A DNA stretch of 64,000 nt, from positions 12,512 to 76,511 of the forward strand of contig CBDCCN010000004.1 of assembly GCA_965214865.1 (NCBI GenBank). Direction: 5' to 3'. The first letter of the stretch is position 1, and every line of letters starts with the position of its first letter. The DNA comes from Vicinamibacterales bacterium (GTDB taxonomy: Bacteria > Acidobacteriota > Vicinamibacteria > Vicinamibacterales > UBA8438). The position numbers and the translations under genes are program-made. Positions 6,756 through 16,800 of this stretch are shown here, piece by piece. Under the pieces are notes generated by a model, which was not told where the DNA came from, made no database searches, and saw only the letters and a list, made by a program, of their open reading frames with translations.

Positions 6756-9251
6756 ATGGCCAAGCTGTCGAACCCGGCGCAGGGGCAGTCGAAGACGACC
6801 GAGCGCGCGTGGCGACCCGGCGCGGCGCTGGAGCAGGTCTACCGGGACGTCCGCTTCGGCCTGCGGACGCTGCGCCGGGAGCCCGGCTTCACGGCGACGA
6901 CGATCCTCACCCTGACGCTCGCGATCGGCGCGACCACGACCATCTTCTCGGTCGTCGACGCGGTGCTGCTCCAGCCGCCGCCGTTTCCGGAACCCGACCG
7001 CCTGGTCACGCTGTGGCAGACCGATCCCGACAACGGCAACCGCCCCGCAGAACCGGCGCCGGCGAACTTTCTGGACTGGCGCGAGCAGGCGACGAGCTTC
7101 GAGTACGTGGCGGCGGTCGAGCCCTACTCGTTCGACTTCACCGGCGCCGGCGACCCCGAGCTGGTCTACGCGTCGCTCGTCACGGAAGGGTTCTTCGAGG
7201 CGCTCGGCGCCGGCGCCGCGTACGGCCGGACGTTTCTGCCGGACGAGTACCGCCCGGGCAGCGGCGTCGTCGTTCTGACGAACGGATTCTGGGAACGCCG
7301 CTTCGGCGGCGACACCGGCATCATCGGCCGAGCGCTGACGCTGGACGGCCAACCCCGCACCGTGGTCGGCGTGCTCGCACCGGATTTCGAGCTCGGTATC
7401 GAGCGCAATCGGGGCGAGCGCGACCTCTTCGCCCCCAAGGCGATCGCCGATTACGAGACCCGGATCCGCGGCGGCGGCTGGTGGCACGTGATCGCGCGTC
7501 TCCGGCCGGAGGTCGGCCTCTCGGCGGCGCAGGCGGAAATGGACGCCGTCGCCGGCCGGCTGGCCGTCGACCATCCCCGCACCAATACGGACGTCGGCGC
7601 GCGGGTCATCCCGCTCCGGACGCAACAGGTCGAGACGGTGCGGCCGGCGCTGTTGCTGCTGTGGGGCGGGGTGGTTCTGGTCCTGCTGATCGCCTGTGCC
7701 AACGTCGCGAACCTGATGCTGGCGCGCTGCACCCGGCGGGCGCAGGAGTTCGCCGTTCGCACGGCGGTGGGCGGCGGGCGCGGACGCCTGCTGCGCCAGT
7801 TGGTGACCGAGGGTCTGGTGATCGCGGCGCTCGGCGGCATCGGCGGCCTGCTGCTTACCGCCTCGGCGCTCGATGCGATCGTGGCGCTGATGCCCGCCGA
7901 CGTGCCGCGCGCCGGGCAGATCGACGTGAACGGACGCATCCTCGGCTTCGCCGTCGGCCTCGTCATCGTCACCGCGATGGCGTTCAGCCTCGCGCCCGCG
8001 GTGCAGATGCTCCGACAGGACGTGAACGGCCCGCTCCGCGCGCAGCGCGCCGGCGCCACCGCGGCGCAGCAGCGGCTGCGGCGCCTGCTGGTGACGGCGG
8101 AAGTCGCCCTGGCGCTGGTCCTGCTGGCCGGCGCCGGGCTGCTGGTGCAGAGCTTCGCGCGGCTCGTGAACATGAATCTCGGTTTCGCCACCCGGAACAC
8201 GGTCGCATTGCAGGTCTTCGTCTGGGACCGTCAGACCGACAACGAGGCGCGGGCGAGCTTCTTCCGGGAGACCCTGCAGAACATCCGGGCCCTGCCGGGC
8301 GTGACCGCCGCGGGAGCCGTCAGGTCGTTCCCGCTCGGGCTGGCCGACATCACGATCGAGGCGCCGTTCACGATGCACGACAGGCCGCCGCCGCCAGCCG
8401 GCGAAGAGCCGTCCGCCGCCGTCTCCCAGGCGACCCCCGGCTACTTCGAGGCGTTGCGGATCCCGCTCCGGGGCGGGCGGTGGTTCGACGAGCGGGACGA
8501 TGCCGAACGACCGGGCGTCGCCCTGATCACCGAGACGTTGGCGCGACAGCACTGGCCGGAAACCGACCCGCTCGCCCGGCGGCTGACCGTGCAGGTATCG
8601 GGACAGGCATTCGAGGCAGAGATCGTCGGGGTCGTCGGAGCAACGCGTCCGCGGGGCTTCGACAGCCGCCCGCGCCCGGAGATCTTCATTCCGCACGCCC
8701 AGGCCGCGACCGGCGACATGACCTACGTCGTGCGGACGGCCGGCGACCCGGCGGCCAGCATCGCGGCGATCCAGGACGCCGTCCGGACCGTCGATCCGCT
8801 CCAGACCTTCTACAGCGTCGCCACCGTCGACCAGCTTCTGTCGGGGACGCTCGCGGCGCGGCGGTTCACGACGACCCTCCTCGCGCTGTTCGCCCTGGCG
8901 GCCCTGACGCTCGCCGGCCTCGGCATCTACGGCGTGATCGCCGTCGCCACCGCGCAACGGACGCGCGAGATCGGCCTGCGCCTCGCCATGGGCGCGCGGC
9001 CGGGAGACGTCGTGCGCATGGTCATCCGCGGCGCGCTCGGTCTCGCCGGAGCGGGCGTGGCGTGCGGGCTCGTCGCCGCGATCTGGACGTCGCGATTCCT
9101 CACCAGCCTGCTGTTCGAGATCGCGCCGACGGACGCCGCAACGCTCGCAACGGTCTCTTCGTTGCTGCTGCTGGTGGCCGCCGGGGCCGCCTGGCGCCCG
9201 GCGCGCCGCGCCGCCGCCGTGGATCCCGTCGTCGCGCTCCGTATGGAATAG
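6756..9251 (+). CDS. ADOP-type FtsX-like permease (duplicated MacB-like permease, no ATPase partner), copy 1
   Basis: The N-terminus YRDVRFGLRTLRREPGFTATTILTLTLAIGATTTIFSVVDAVLL and a duplicated FtsX module are characteristic of the ADOP family. ATG 6756 is preceded by AGGA. It is a paralog of 9746-12466. Confidence 0.9.
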   Translation: MAKLSNPAQGQSKTTERAWRPGAALEQVYRDVRFGLRTLRREPGFTATTILTLTLAIGATTTIFSVVDAVLLQPPPFPEPDRLVTLWQTDPDNGNRPAEPAPANFLDWREQATSFEYVAAVEPYSFDFTGAGDPELVYASLVTEGFFEALGAGAAYGRTFLPDEYRPGSGVVVLTNGFWERRFGGDTGIIGRALTLDGQPRTVVGVLAPDFELGIERNRGERDLFAPKAIADYETRIRGGGWWHVIARLRPEVGLSAAQAEMDAVAGRLAVDHPRTNTDVGARVIPLRTQQVETVRPALLLLWGGVVLVLLIACANVANLMLARCTRRAQEFAVRTAVGGGRGRLLRQLVTEGLVIAALGGIGGLLLTASALDAIVALMPADVPRAGQIDVNGRILGFAVGLVIVTAMAFSLAPAVQMLRQDVNGPLRAQRAGATAAQQRLRRLLVTAEVALALVLLAGAGLLVQSFARLVNMNLGFATRNTVALQVFVWDRQTDNEARASFFRETLQNIRALPGVTAAGAVRSFPLGLADITIEAPFTMHDRPPPPAGEEPSAAVSQATPGYFEALRIPLRGGRWFDERDDAERPGVALITETLARQHWPETDPLARRLTVQVSGQAFEAEIVGVVGATRPRGFDSRPRPEIFIPHAQAATGDMTYVVRTAGDPAASIAAIQDAVRTVDPLQTFYSVATVDQLLSGTLAARRFTTTLLALFALAALTLAGLGIYGVIAVATAQRTREIGLRLAMGARPGDVVRMVIRGALGLAGAGVACGLVAAIWTSRFLTSLLFEIAPTDAATLATVSSLLLLVAAGAAWRPARRAAAVDPVVALRME

Positions 9252-9256
9252 TGTTT

Positions 9257-9283
9257 GCCTTGCTTACCGAGAGGAAGCAAGGC
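9257..9283 (+). terminator. Hairpin just after the permease-1 stop (GCCTTGCTT-N9-AAGCAAGGC)
   Basis: Perfect 9-bp stem at 9257-9265 / 9275-9283. There is no U-tract, so it is only a candidate terminator or RNA-stability element. Confidence 0.3.
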
Positions 9284-9306
9284 TACGCTCGGAACAGGAC
9301 GGCACC

Positions 9307-9393
9307 CCGGGAGTGTGCGCCGTAGAAACGGCGCACACTCCCGGGCAGGCTTGGTTGGGCGGGAATCGGAGCCGCAGGCGACGGTTTCCGGGC
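9307..9393 (+). repeat. Dispersed intergenic palindromic repeat unit (archetype copy)
   Basis: Perfect 16-bp inverted repeat CCGGGAGTGTGCGCCG-TAGAAA-CGGCGCACACTCCCGG (9307-9344), followed by the conserved tail GCAGGCTTGGTTGGGCGGGAATCGGAGCCGCAGGCGACGGTTTCCGGGC. Related copies lie at 17056, 49346, 56591 and 63933. Confidence 0.85.
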
Positions 9394-9406
9394 TTGGAGA
9401 CAACGC

Positions 9407-9742
9407 ATGAGCAAACCGTCGAACCTGGTGCAGGGCACGCTGGATCTGCTGATTCTGAAGCTCCTCGATCTCGAACCGTTGAGCGGGTGGGCCATCGGCC
9501 AGCGGCTGAAGCAGGTGTCGAGCGACGTGCTGCAGGTGAGCGACGGCTCGCTCTATCCGGCGCTGCACAAGCTCGAGCAGCAGGGCTGGGTCACCGCGGA
9601 GTGGCGCAACACCGAGAACAACCGGCGCGCGAAGATCTACGCGCTGACGCCCCCCGGACGCCGCTACCTGCGGCAGGAGACCGCGAACTGGGAGCGGCTG
9701 TCGCAAGCCATCACCCATGTCGTGCGCCTGACCGAGGCGTGA
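9407..9742 (+). CDS. PadR-family transcriptional regulator
   Basis: GTLDLLILKLLDLEPLSGWAIGQRL...SDGSLYPALHKLEQQGWVTAEW...RRAKIYALTPPGRRYL is a canonical PadR winged helix. It lies 4 nt upstream of the second ADOP permease. Confidence 0.93.
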   Translation: MSKPSNLVQGTLDLLILKLLDLEPLSGWAIGQRLKQVSSDVLQVSDGSLYPALHKLEQQGWVTAEWRNTENNRRAKIYALTPPGRRYLRQETANWERLSQAITHVVRLTEA

Positions 9743-9745
9743 GGC

Positions 9746-12466
9746 ATGTTCTTCGAACGCTGGCTGTACGCCTGGCGGGCCCGGCTGCGGACTTTGCTCG
9801 ACCGGGACGCGGTGGACCGCGAGCTGGACGACGAGCTGCAGCAACACGTCGCCCTGGAGATCGAGGCTCTCCGCGCCCGGGGCGTACCGCCGGCGGAGGC
9901 GCGCCGGCAGGCGCTGGCGGCGCTCGGCGGTCTCGTCTCGGTCCGGGAACACGTCCGCGAATCGCGATTCGGGGCTTCGCTGGAGCACGTCTGTCGGGAC
10001 GTCGGCTTCGGCCTGCGGCTGCTGCGCCGCGAGCCCGGCTTCGCGGCGACGACCATCCTCACCCTCACGCTCGCGATCGGCGCCACGACGACCATCTTCT
10101 CCGTCGTCGATGCGGTGCTCTTCCGACCGCCGCCCTTTCCGACGCCGGACCGCCTCGTCACGCTGTGGCAGACCGATCCCGAGAACGACGACCGCCCGGC
10201 CGAGCCCGCCCCCGCGAACTTTCTGGACTGGCGCGAGCGGACGACGAGCTTCAAGCACCTGGCGGCGCTCGACCCCTGGTCGTTCGACTTCAACGGGGCC
10301 GGCGATCCCGAGGTGTTCTATGCGTGGCGCGTCACGGAAGGGTTCTTCGAGGCGCTCGGCGCCGGCGCCGCGCTCGGACGCACGTTTCTGCCGGAAGAAA
10401 TCCGCGCGGGCAGCAGGGTCGTCGTCCTGACGGACGCGCTGTGGCGACGCCGCTTCGGCGGTGACGCCGCCATCGTCGGCCGGTCGCTGGCGTTGGACGG
10501 CCACCCGTACACCGTCGTCGGCGTGCTCGCCCCGCACTTCGAACTCGGCCTCGATCTCGGCCAGGGCGAGCGCGACCTCTTCGCGCCCAAGGCGAGCGCA
10601 GAATACGAGGCCTACGTTCGCGGGGAGGGCTGGTGGCACGTGATCGGACGGCTCCGCCCAGACGTCACGCTCGCGGAGGCGCAGGCGGAGATGGACGCCG
10701 TGGCCGACCGACTCGCCGCCGACCATCCCCGCACCAATACGGGCGTCGGCGCGCGCTTGATCCCGCTGCGGACACGTCAGATCGAAGCGGTGCGGCCGGT
10801 GCTGCTGCTGCTCTGGGGCGCCGTGATCTTCGTCCTGGCGATCGCCTGCGTCAACGTCGCCAACCTGATGCTGGCGCGCTGCATGCGGCGCGGGCGGGAA
10901 TTCGCCATCCGGACCGCGGTCGGCGGCGGGCGCGGGCGCCTGTTGCGCCAACTGTTGACCGAGAGCCTGGCGATCGCGGCCCTGGGAGGGATCGGGGGCG
11001 TTGCACTGACCGCTTCCGCGCTCGACACGATCGTGGCGCTCATGCCCGCCGACGTGCCGCGTCTGGCGCAGATCGCCGTGAACGGACGACTCCTCGGATT
11101 CGCCGTCGGGCTCGTCGTCCTGACCGTCGTGGCGTTCGGCTGTGCGCCCGCCGTCCGGATATTGCGACAGGACGTGAACGGCCCCCTCACCCGAGGACAC
11201 CACGCCGGCGCCGCCGAGGCGCGACAGCCGCTGCGCCGGGTGCTGTTGCCGGCGGAAGTCGCCCTGGCGCTGGTGCTCCTGGTGGGCGCGGGTCTCCTGG
11301 TGCAGAGCTTCGCGCGCCTGGTGAACGTCGAGCTGGGCTTCTCCCCGGAGAACATGGTGGCGCTTCAGGTGTTCCACTACGAAGAACGACCACCCGGTGA
11401 CGATCGACAGGACGACGACGGGCTCGACGACGAGGACGAGTTCGGCGCCACCGCGACCTTCTTTCGCGAGACGCTGCGGGGCATCCGCGCGCTGCCCGGC
11501 GTCGCCGCCGCCGGCGCGGTGTCGTCGTTCCCGCTCGGACTGGCGGACCTGACGCTCGACAGGCCGCTCACGATCCACGATCGGCCGCGGCCGGCGTTCG
11601 GCGCGGAGCCCACCACGAGCGTCTCCCTGGCGACCCCCGGCTACCTGGACACGATGCGGATCCCGCTCCGGGCCGGGCGGTGGTTCGATGCGCGCGACGA
11701 CGCCGACGGACCGGCCGTGGCGGTGATCAACGAGACGCTGGCGCAACGGCACTGGCCGGACGCCGATCCGATCGACGCGCGGGTGTCCGTGCAGCTCCAG
11801 GGGAGCATTTCCAGGGGGGCGACGACCGTGGCGGAGATCGTCGGCGTCGTCGGCGCAGTCCATCCGCGCGGCTTCGACAGCGCGCCGCGCCCGGAGATCT
11901 TCATACCGCACGCACAGGCGCCGGAAGGCTCCATGACCTACGTCGTGCGGACGGTCGGGGACCCGGCGGCCAGCCTCCCGGCGATCAAGGACGCCGTCTG
12001 GGCCGTCGACCCGCTGGAGACCTTCTACAGCGTCGCCACGGTCGACCAGCTTCTGTCCGACACGCTGGCGGCGCGGCGATTCACGACGGTGCTCCTCACG
12101 CTGTTCGGCATGGCGGCCCTGATGCTTGCCGGTCTCGGCATCTACGGGGTAATAGCGGTCGCTACGGCACAGCGGACACACGAAATCGGCCTGCGCCTCG
12201 CGCTGGGCGCGCTACCGCGCGACGTGGTGCGCATGGTCGTTCGCGACGCCGTCGGCCTGGCGGGGGCGGGCATCGTTGCCGGCCTGCTCGGCGCGCTCGT
12301 CACCTCGCAGGCCCTGGCGACCCTGCTCTACGAGGTCGCGCCGACGGACATCGCGACGCAGGGCGCGGTGTCGGCGCTGCTGTTGCTCGTGGCCGCGGCC
12401 GCCGCTTGGTTTCCTGCGCGTCGCGTCGCGAGCATCGATCCCCTAGTGGCTCTACGCACGGAGTAG
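9746..12466 (+). CDS. ADOP-type FtsX-like permease, copy 2 (with the PadR-associated N-terminal extension)
   Basis: Paralog of 6756-9251, alignable at protein and nucleotide level. It has an extra N-terminal segment (MFFERWLYAWRARLRTLLDRDAVDRELDDELQQH) and an acidic insert (HYEERPPGDDRQDDDGLDDEDEF). Confidence 0.9.
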   Translation: MFFERWLYAWRARLRTLLDRDAVDRELDDELQQHVALEIEALRARGVPPAEARRQALAALGGLVSVREHVRESRFGASLEHVCRDVGFGLRLLRREPGFAATTILTLTLAIGATTTIFSVVDAVLFRPPPFPTPDRLVTLWQTDPENDDRPAEPAPANFLDWRERTTSFKHLAALDPWSFDFNGAGDPEVFYAWRVTEGFFEALGAGAALGRTFLPEEIRAGSRVVVLTDALWRRRFGGDAAIVGRSLALDGHPYTVVGVLAPHFELGLDLGQGERDLFAPKASAEYEAYVRGEGWWHVIGRLRPDVTLAEAQAEMDAVADRLAADHPRTNTGVGARLIPLRTRQIEAVRPVLLLLWGAVIFVLAIACVNVANLMLARCMRRGREFAIRTAVGGGRGRLLRQLLTESLAIAALGGIGGVALTASALDTIVALMPADVPRLAQIAVNGRLLGFAVGLVVLTVVAFGCAPAVRILRQDVNGPLTRGHHAGAAEARQPLRRVLLPAEVALALVLLVGAGLLVQSFARLVNVELGFSPENMVALQVFHYEERPPGDDRQDDDGLDDEDEFGATATFFRETLRGIRALPGVAAAGAVSSFPLGLADLTLDRPLTIHDRPRPAFGAEPTTSVSLATPGYLDTMRIPLRAGRWFDARDDADGPAVAVINETLAQRHWPDADPIDARVSVQLQGSISRGATTVAEIVGVVGAVHPRGFDSAPRPEIFIPHAQAPEGSMTYVVRTVGDPAASLPAIKDAVWAVDPLETFYSVATVDQLLSDTLAARRFTTVLLTLFGMAALMLAGLGIYGVIAVATAQRTHEIGLRLALGALPRDVVRMVVRDAVGLAGAGIVAGLLGALVTSQALATLLYEVAPTDIATQGAVSALLLLVAAAAAWFPARRVASIDPLVALRTE

Positions 12467-12523
12467 GTGTCCGGTGCATCCTCGTCCGTGGGCGCGGTCG
12501 ACCCGGCGGGGCGGGCATCACCG

Positions 12524-13033
12524 TCAGCGCCGGGGGCGGCCCGTCTTCTCCTGCGACGACCTCGCGAAGGTCATCGCGGAATCGACGCCGGGCGCATCGG
12601 GGGGCCGCCGCTCCTGCACGCCGTAGAGCCTCGTGTTCTCGCGGGTCGACTCGATCGCCCGCAGGACGTCGCGGCGGCTGACCTGTCCGACCACGTGCCC
12701 GGCGGCGTCGACCACCGGCAGCTTGCGGTACGGGCGCGTCAGGAAGAGATGCACGACATCGTAGACGGTCGCCGTCGGCAGGACCGATTCGGCCGGGGTC
12801 GTCATGTGGTCCTCGACCCGGCCCGACGGCCGCCCGTCGAGCGCCCCGCCGACCACCACCTTCAGGCAATCCTTCTCGGTCAGCATGCCGAGCAGACGCC
12901 CGGCACCGTCCACGACCGGCACGCCGGTCAGCTTCCGCCTGAGCAGCAGCGAGAGCGCATCGTAGATGTCGAGGTCCGGCGACAGGGTCGATTCCGAGCG
13001 CGCCATCAAGTCGGCCGCCGTGTTGATCGCCAT
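12524..13033 (-). CDS. CBS-domain pair protein
   Basis: MAINTAADLM...LTGVPVVDGAGRLLGMLTEKD...YRKLPVVDAAGHVVGQVSRRDVL gives two CBS motifs. ATG 13033 is preceded by GAGGGGGG. The 1126-aa track ORF containing it is otherwise spurious. Confidence 0.85.
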   Translation of the reverse strand: MAINTAADLMARSESTLSPDLDIYDALSLLLRRKLTGVPVVDGAGRLLGMLTEKDCLKVVVGGALDGRPSGRVEDHMTTPAESVLPTATVYDVVHLFLTRPYRKLPVVDAAGHVVGQVSRRDVLRAIESTRENTRLYGVQERRPPDAPGVDSAMTFARSSQEKTGRPRR

Positions 13034-13239
13034 CGGTCCCCCCTCTCGCGCTCTCATCCTACTGGAAACGAGGGCGCTGCACCCAATCACCGCGGCGTGG
13101 ACGGCTCCGGGTGTCGGCGGCGGCGGACGACGAGCGACCCTGCGCACCGGGTCCGGCGATATCGCGATCGACTGAAGCCCCGTGATACCGAATGACTCGG
13201 TTATCCAGCCGGTGGCGCCGATCTCGAGGCGCTGATCGG

Positions 13240-13794
13240 CTAATGCGGGTTGTCGTCGTACAAATACTCGGCCAGCTTCAGCGACTCCAGCATGTCGTTC
13301 CAGACCTTGTCGGCGACCCGGCGGTCTTCGGGCCAGTACTCCATGGTGATGAACGCCTGGACGTTCCCGCCGCGGGCAAGGCAGGCCCTGGAACGCGCCT
13401 TGCGCTTCTCGGCCGGGTCCATGAAGTCCATCTCCAGCCACAGGTACTCCAGATTGCCCCGGCATGCGCCGAGCATGGGCCCCCGCGTGCGCCGGCGCGT
13501 GTCGTCGGCCAGCACGGTGTTGTCCATCAGGTCGGCGAGCGACGGCATCGCGCTCCAGTCGATGCTCGATCCATCGGGACCGAGTCGAATCACCGAGACC
13601 TGCAGGCGCATGTTGTCGTCCGGCGCCTCCGCGTCGTAGAGGCAGATGGATTCCCCGTCGGGCCTGAGCACCCAGCCCGACGGGTACTCGAAATGCACCG
13701 CTCCCCGGTTCGCCACGAAGATGCTGTTGCCGGGCTTGGCGCTCCATCCGTGATCGTCGGGCAGGTCGACTACTCTGCGGCTCCATTCCGCCAC
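13240..13794 (-). CDS. Hypothetical protein (no family recognised)
   Basis: 184-aa ORF with a balanced, non-repetitive composition (MAEWSRRVVDLPDDHGWSAKPGNSIFVANRG...EYWPEDRRVADKVWNDMLESLKLAEYLYDDNPH). It looks locally less GC-rich. It has neither a signal peptide nor a TM segment. Confidence 0.6.
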   Translation of the reverse strand: MAEWSRRVVDLPDDHGWSAKPGNSIFVANRGAVHFEYPSGWVLRPDGESICLYDAEAPDDNMRLQVSVIRLGPDGSSIDWSAMPSLADLMDNTVLADDTRRRTRGPMLGACRGNLEYLWLEMDFMDPAEKRKARSRACLARGGNVQAFITMEYWPEDRRVADKVWNDMLESLKLAEYLYDDNPH

Positions 13795-13845
13795 GGTGCA
13801 CCACTCTCTGCTCCTGCGACAGTATCACGGTCACCGGCGAAGACG

Positions 13846-16800
13846 TCAGAACCGGAACAGCCGGTTGAACTTCACCACGAAGCCGCGGTTGCGCAGATCC
13901 CAGCGGTCGGGCCGCAATCCGCCGGTGACGTCGCGGTCGTCCGTGTAGACCACGAACAGCTCGCTGCCGGGGCTGTACTCCCACCGCAGACGCAGGTTGC
14001 TGCCGAACGAGTTGCTGGCGGAGTTGTATTGCAGGAGTCCGCTGAAGAACATCCGCGGGTTGAACGCGTAGTTCACGCGCGTCACGGCCAGGTTGGTCTG
14101 GAACCGCCCGTACGGCGTGTCGATCCAGTTGAACGAGACGGTCGGCTCCACGGACATCTGCGGCAGCACCGCGATGCGTCCCTGGCCCAGCTCCACCGTC
14201 GTCAGGTCGCCGTCGAAATAGGCGCCCCGCTTCAGCGCCACCGTCCCGTTGACGCGCCGCTGCTGGCCGATGGAGTACGACACCTGGGCGTCGGCGAAGC
14301 TGTAGCCCCCCAACGGGATCGAGAAACCGGAGCCGGGAGGCGTGAACGGCCGCACCAGCAGCTCGTAGTTGTCGGTCATGGTGAAGGTGAGGCGGTCGCT
14401 GGACTCGAACTCGGTCTGGAACGCCAGGACGTTCTGGCGCGTCTCCAGGTGGTTCTGGTCGGCCGTCAGGATGTAGTCGACGGCTCCTTCCAGGCTGAAC
14501 TGCCGGACGCTCTCGATGGACTGCGGCCGGGGACTGAACCGGCCGGACAGGTAGGTGCGGCGGAAGTTGTCGCGCCGCAGGAAGCCCACCTCGGGCAGGA
14601 AGTTGTCCTCCACCAGGAGATGATCGACCTTCAGACCGTAGCGATCCGCCGCGTACTCGAACGCGCCCTGATAGCTCAGGTCCTTGTCGCGGTGGTCCGG
14701 ACCGGGAACCCGGGTGCGGGCGAGGTAGGTGATCAGGCTGAGATTCTCGAAGAAGGCGAAGGTGCCGTCGACGCCGTAGGCCTGGCTGGAGCCCGGGGCC
14801 ACCCGGGAGACGGACCGGTTGGTGAACATCGCGCCGACCGAGCTGCGCCGCAGGACGTCGCGCCGCAGGCGCACGACGGTGAAGTTGGTCGGGTCGGAGC
14901 GCGAGACCGTTTCGTCGCCGGCCTGGATGTTCAGGGCGCCGACGTCGAACGGCCCGATTTTCCCGGTCACACGGGCGCCGCCGACGATCGGCACGACCCG
15001 CGACGTGCCGTCGGGGGCGCGCTCGAGTCCGATCTTCCGGCTGTAGAAGAGCTGCGGCACGTTGACGTCGCCGAAGATCCCGCCCACCGGTCCGCCGCCC
15101 GGTCCGCCGAAGCGGCCCGTGACGCCGCCGCGCGCGAAGCCGAAGATGCCCCGCCCCTCGAGGAAGAACTCGCGCTTCTCGGGAAAGAACAGCGGGAAGC
15201 GGGTCAGGTTGACCTGCCGTTCGTCCACCTCCACCTGGGCGAAGTCGGTGTTGTAGGTGAAGTCCGCCGTCAGGTTCTGGGTGATGCCGTACTTGACGTC
15301 CAGGCCGGCATCTCCGCTCCTCTCGTTGTCCAGCACCGGACTCGCGGTCAGGTCGGTGCTCACCCCGCCGATGGCGTACGGCTTGACCTCGATGTTGCGG
15401 CTGGCCGGGGGCGGATCGAGACCGACCAGCGACCCGGCCGCCGAGACCCGGAAGATGCCGGCCGACCCGCTGCCGCCGCCGGCCGAGATCGGCAACCGCG
15501 TCAGGTAGACCCACTCGTTCTTGCGGCGGATCGCGCGGCGGAGCTGGAGGCCCCAGACGTGCGGCGGCTCCGAGCGGTAGCGCAGGGTCTTGAACGGGAT
15601 CTCCATCTCGACCGTCCAGCCGCCGTCGAAGCGGCCGGTCCGCACGTCCCACACCGGGTTCCAGTCGGCGTTCGGGTTGCCCTCGTTGGTGAACTGCTGG
15701 TCGGCGCGGGCGCCGAGCGGATTGGTGTAGAAGTTGAAGCCGTTGCGCCGGTCGTAGAAGGTGTCGAAGAAGGCGGTGAACGTGTCGTTCTGGCGGAGCT
15801 GACTCGTGTCGCGGCGCATCTCGTTGGCCACCCACCGGCTCTCGGGCGCCGAGTCCCAGACCCGCGCCGAGACGTAGACGTTCGTGTCGTCGAACGTGAT
15901 CCACGCCTCGGTCCGTTCGGTCGCCGGCGCGCCGATGTCGGGCACCTGCTGGATGAAGTCGGTGATCGGCGGCATCGTCTCGTAGACCGGCTCGTCGAGG
16001 ACGCCGTCCAGCCGGATGCCACGGTCGAGACGGATCGCGCGGACCGTCGTGCGCCCCTCCTCGTCGCGCGTCATCACCGCGGGCGGCACCGGCGCCGGAG
16101 GCCCGTCGATGAGGCCGGCGTCGACGATGGCGCCCGCCGATGCGACGGCGGGGAGCCCGGCGACGCCGGGCGCGGCGACGGCGGCCGCCTCGGTTGCGGG
16201 CGGGTCCGGCCGCGGCGGAACCGGCGCAGGCGCCCGAGGCGCTTCGGCGCCGGGCCGCGGGGCCGGCCCGGCGAACGGACCGCGGCGCCCGGACGCAACG
16301 TTCGGCGCGGCCCTGGCGGCCGGGGGCTCCCGACCGGCGCGGGGCGGCGCGGCCGGCGGCTCGGCCTGTCCCTGCCCCCGCCCGTCGGCGGGGGCAGGCG
16401 ACCGACCGGCGCGGGGCGGCGCGGCCGGCGGCTCGGCGAGCTCGGGCCCGCCGCGCAGTCCCAGGCCGCTGCGCAGTTCCGCTGCGACCCGATCCTGCAA
16501 CTCGAAGATGTCCGCGACCATGCCCGTCACGATCACCGACCGCAGCACGGTCCCGTCCGCCGCGTCGACGAGGCGTGCGGTCACCCGGATCCCGTCACCG
16601 AGTCGTTGATAGGCGCCGCAGACGACGCGCCCGGCGCCCGCCTGCCGGGCCGCCCCCAGCGCCCCGTTCGGGCCGGCGTACTCCCGCACCGCGGCCGTTG
16701 CACGCACGATCCGAGCGCCGCCCGCCTGCAGGTCGATCGCGACCGTCTCGGCGATGCCGGCGCCGATCCAGTCGTCCGCCGGGTCACGGCTCAGGTTGGT

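Noticed and set aside
6525-12181. 810-aa and 1084-aa minus-strand ORFs, and 838-aa and other + strand ORFs, overlapping the ADOP permeases.
   Set aside because: They are antisense or alternate-frame artefacts. The permease frames have clear family motifs and TM helices, whereas the others are Arg/Pro-rich junk.
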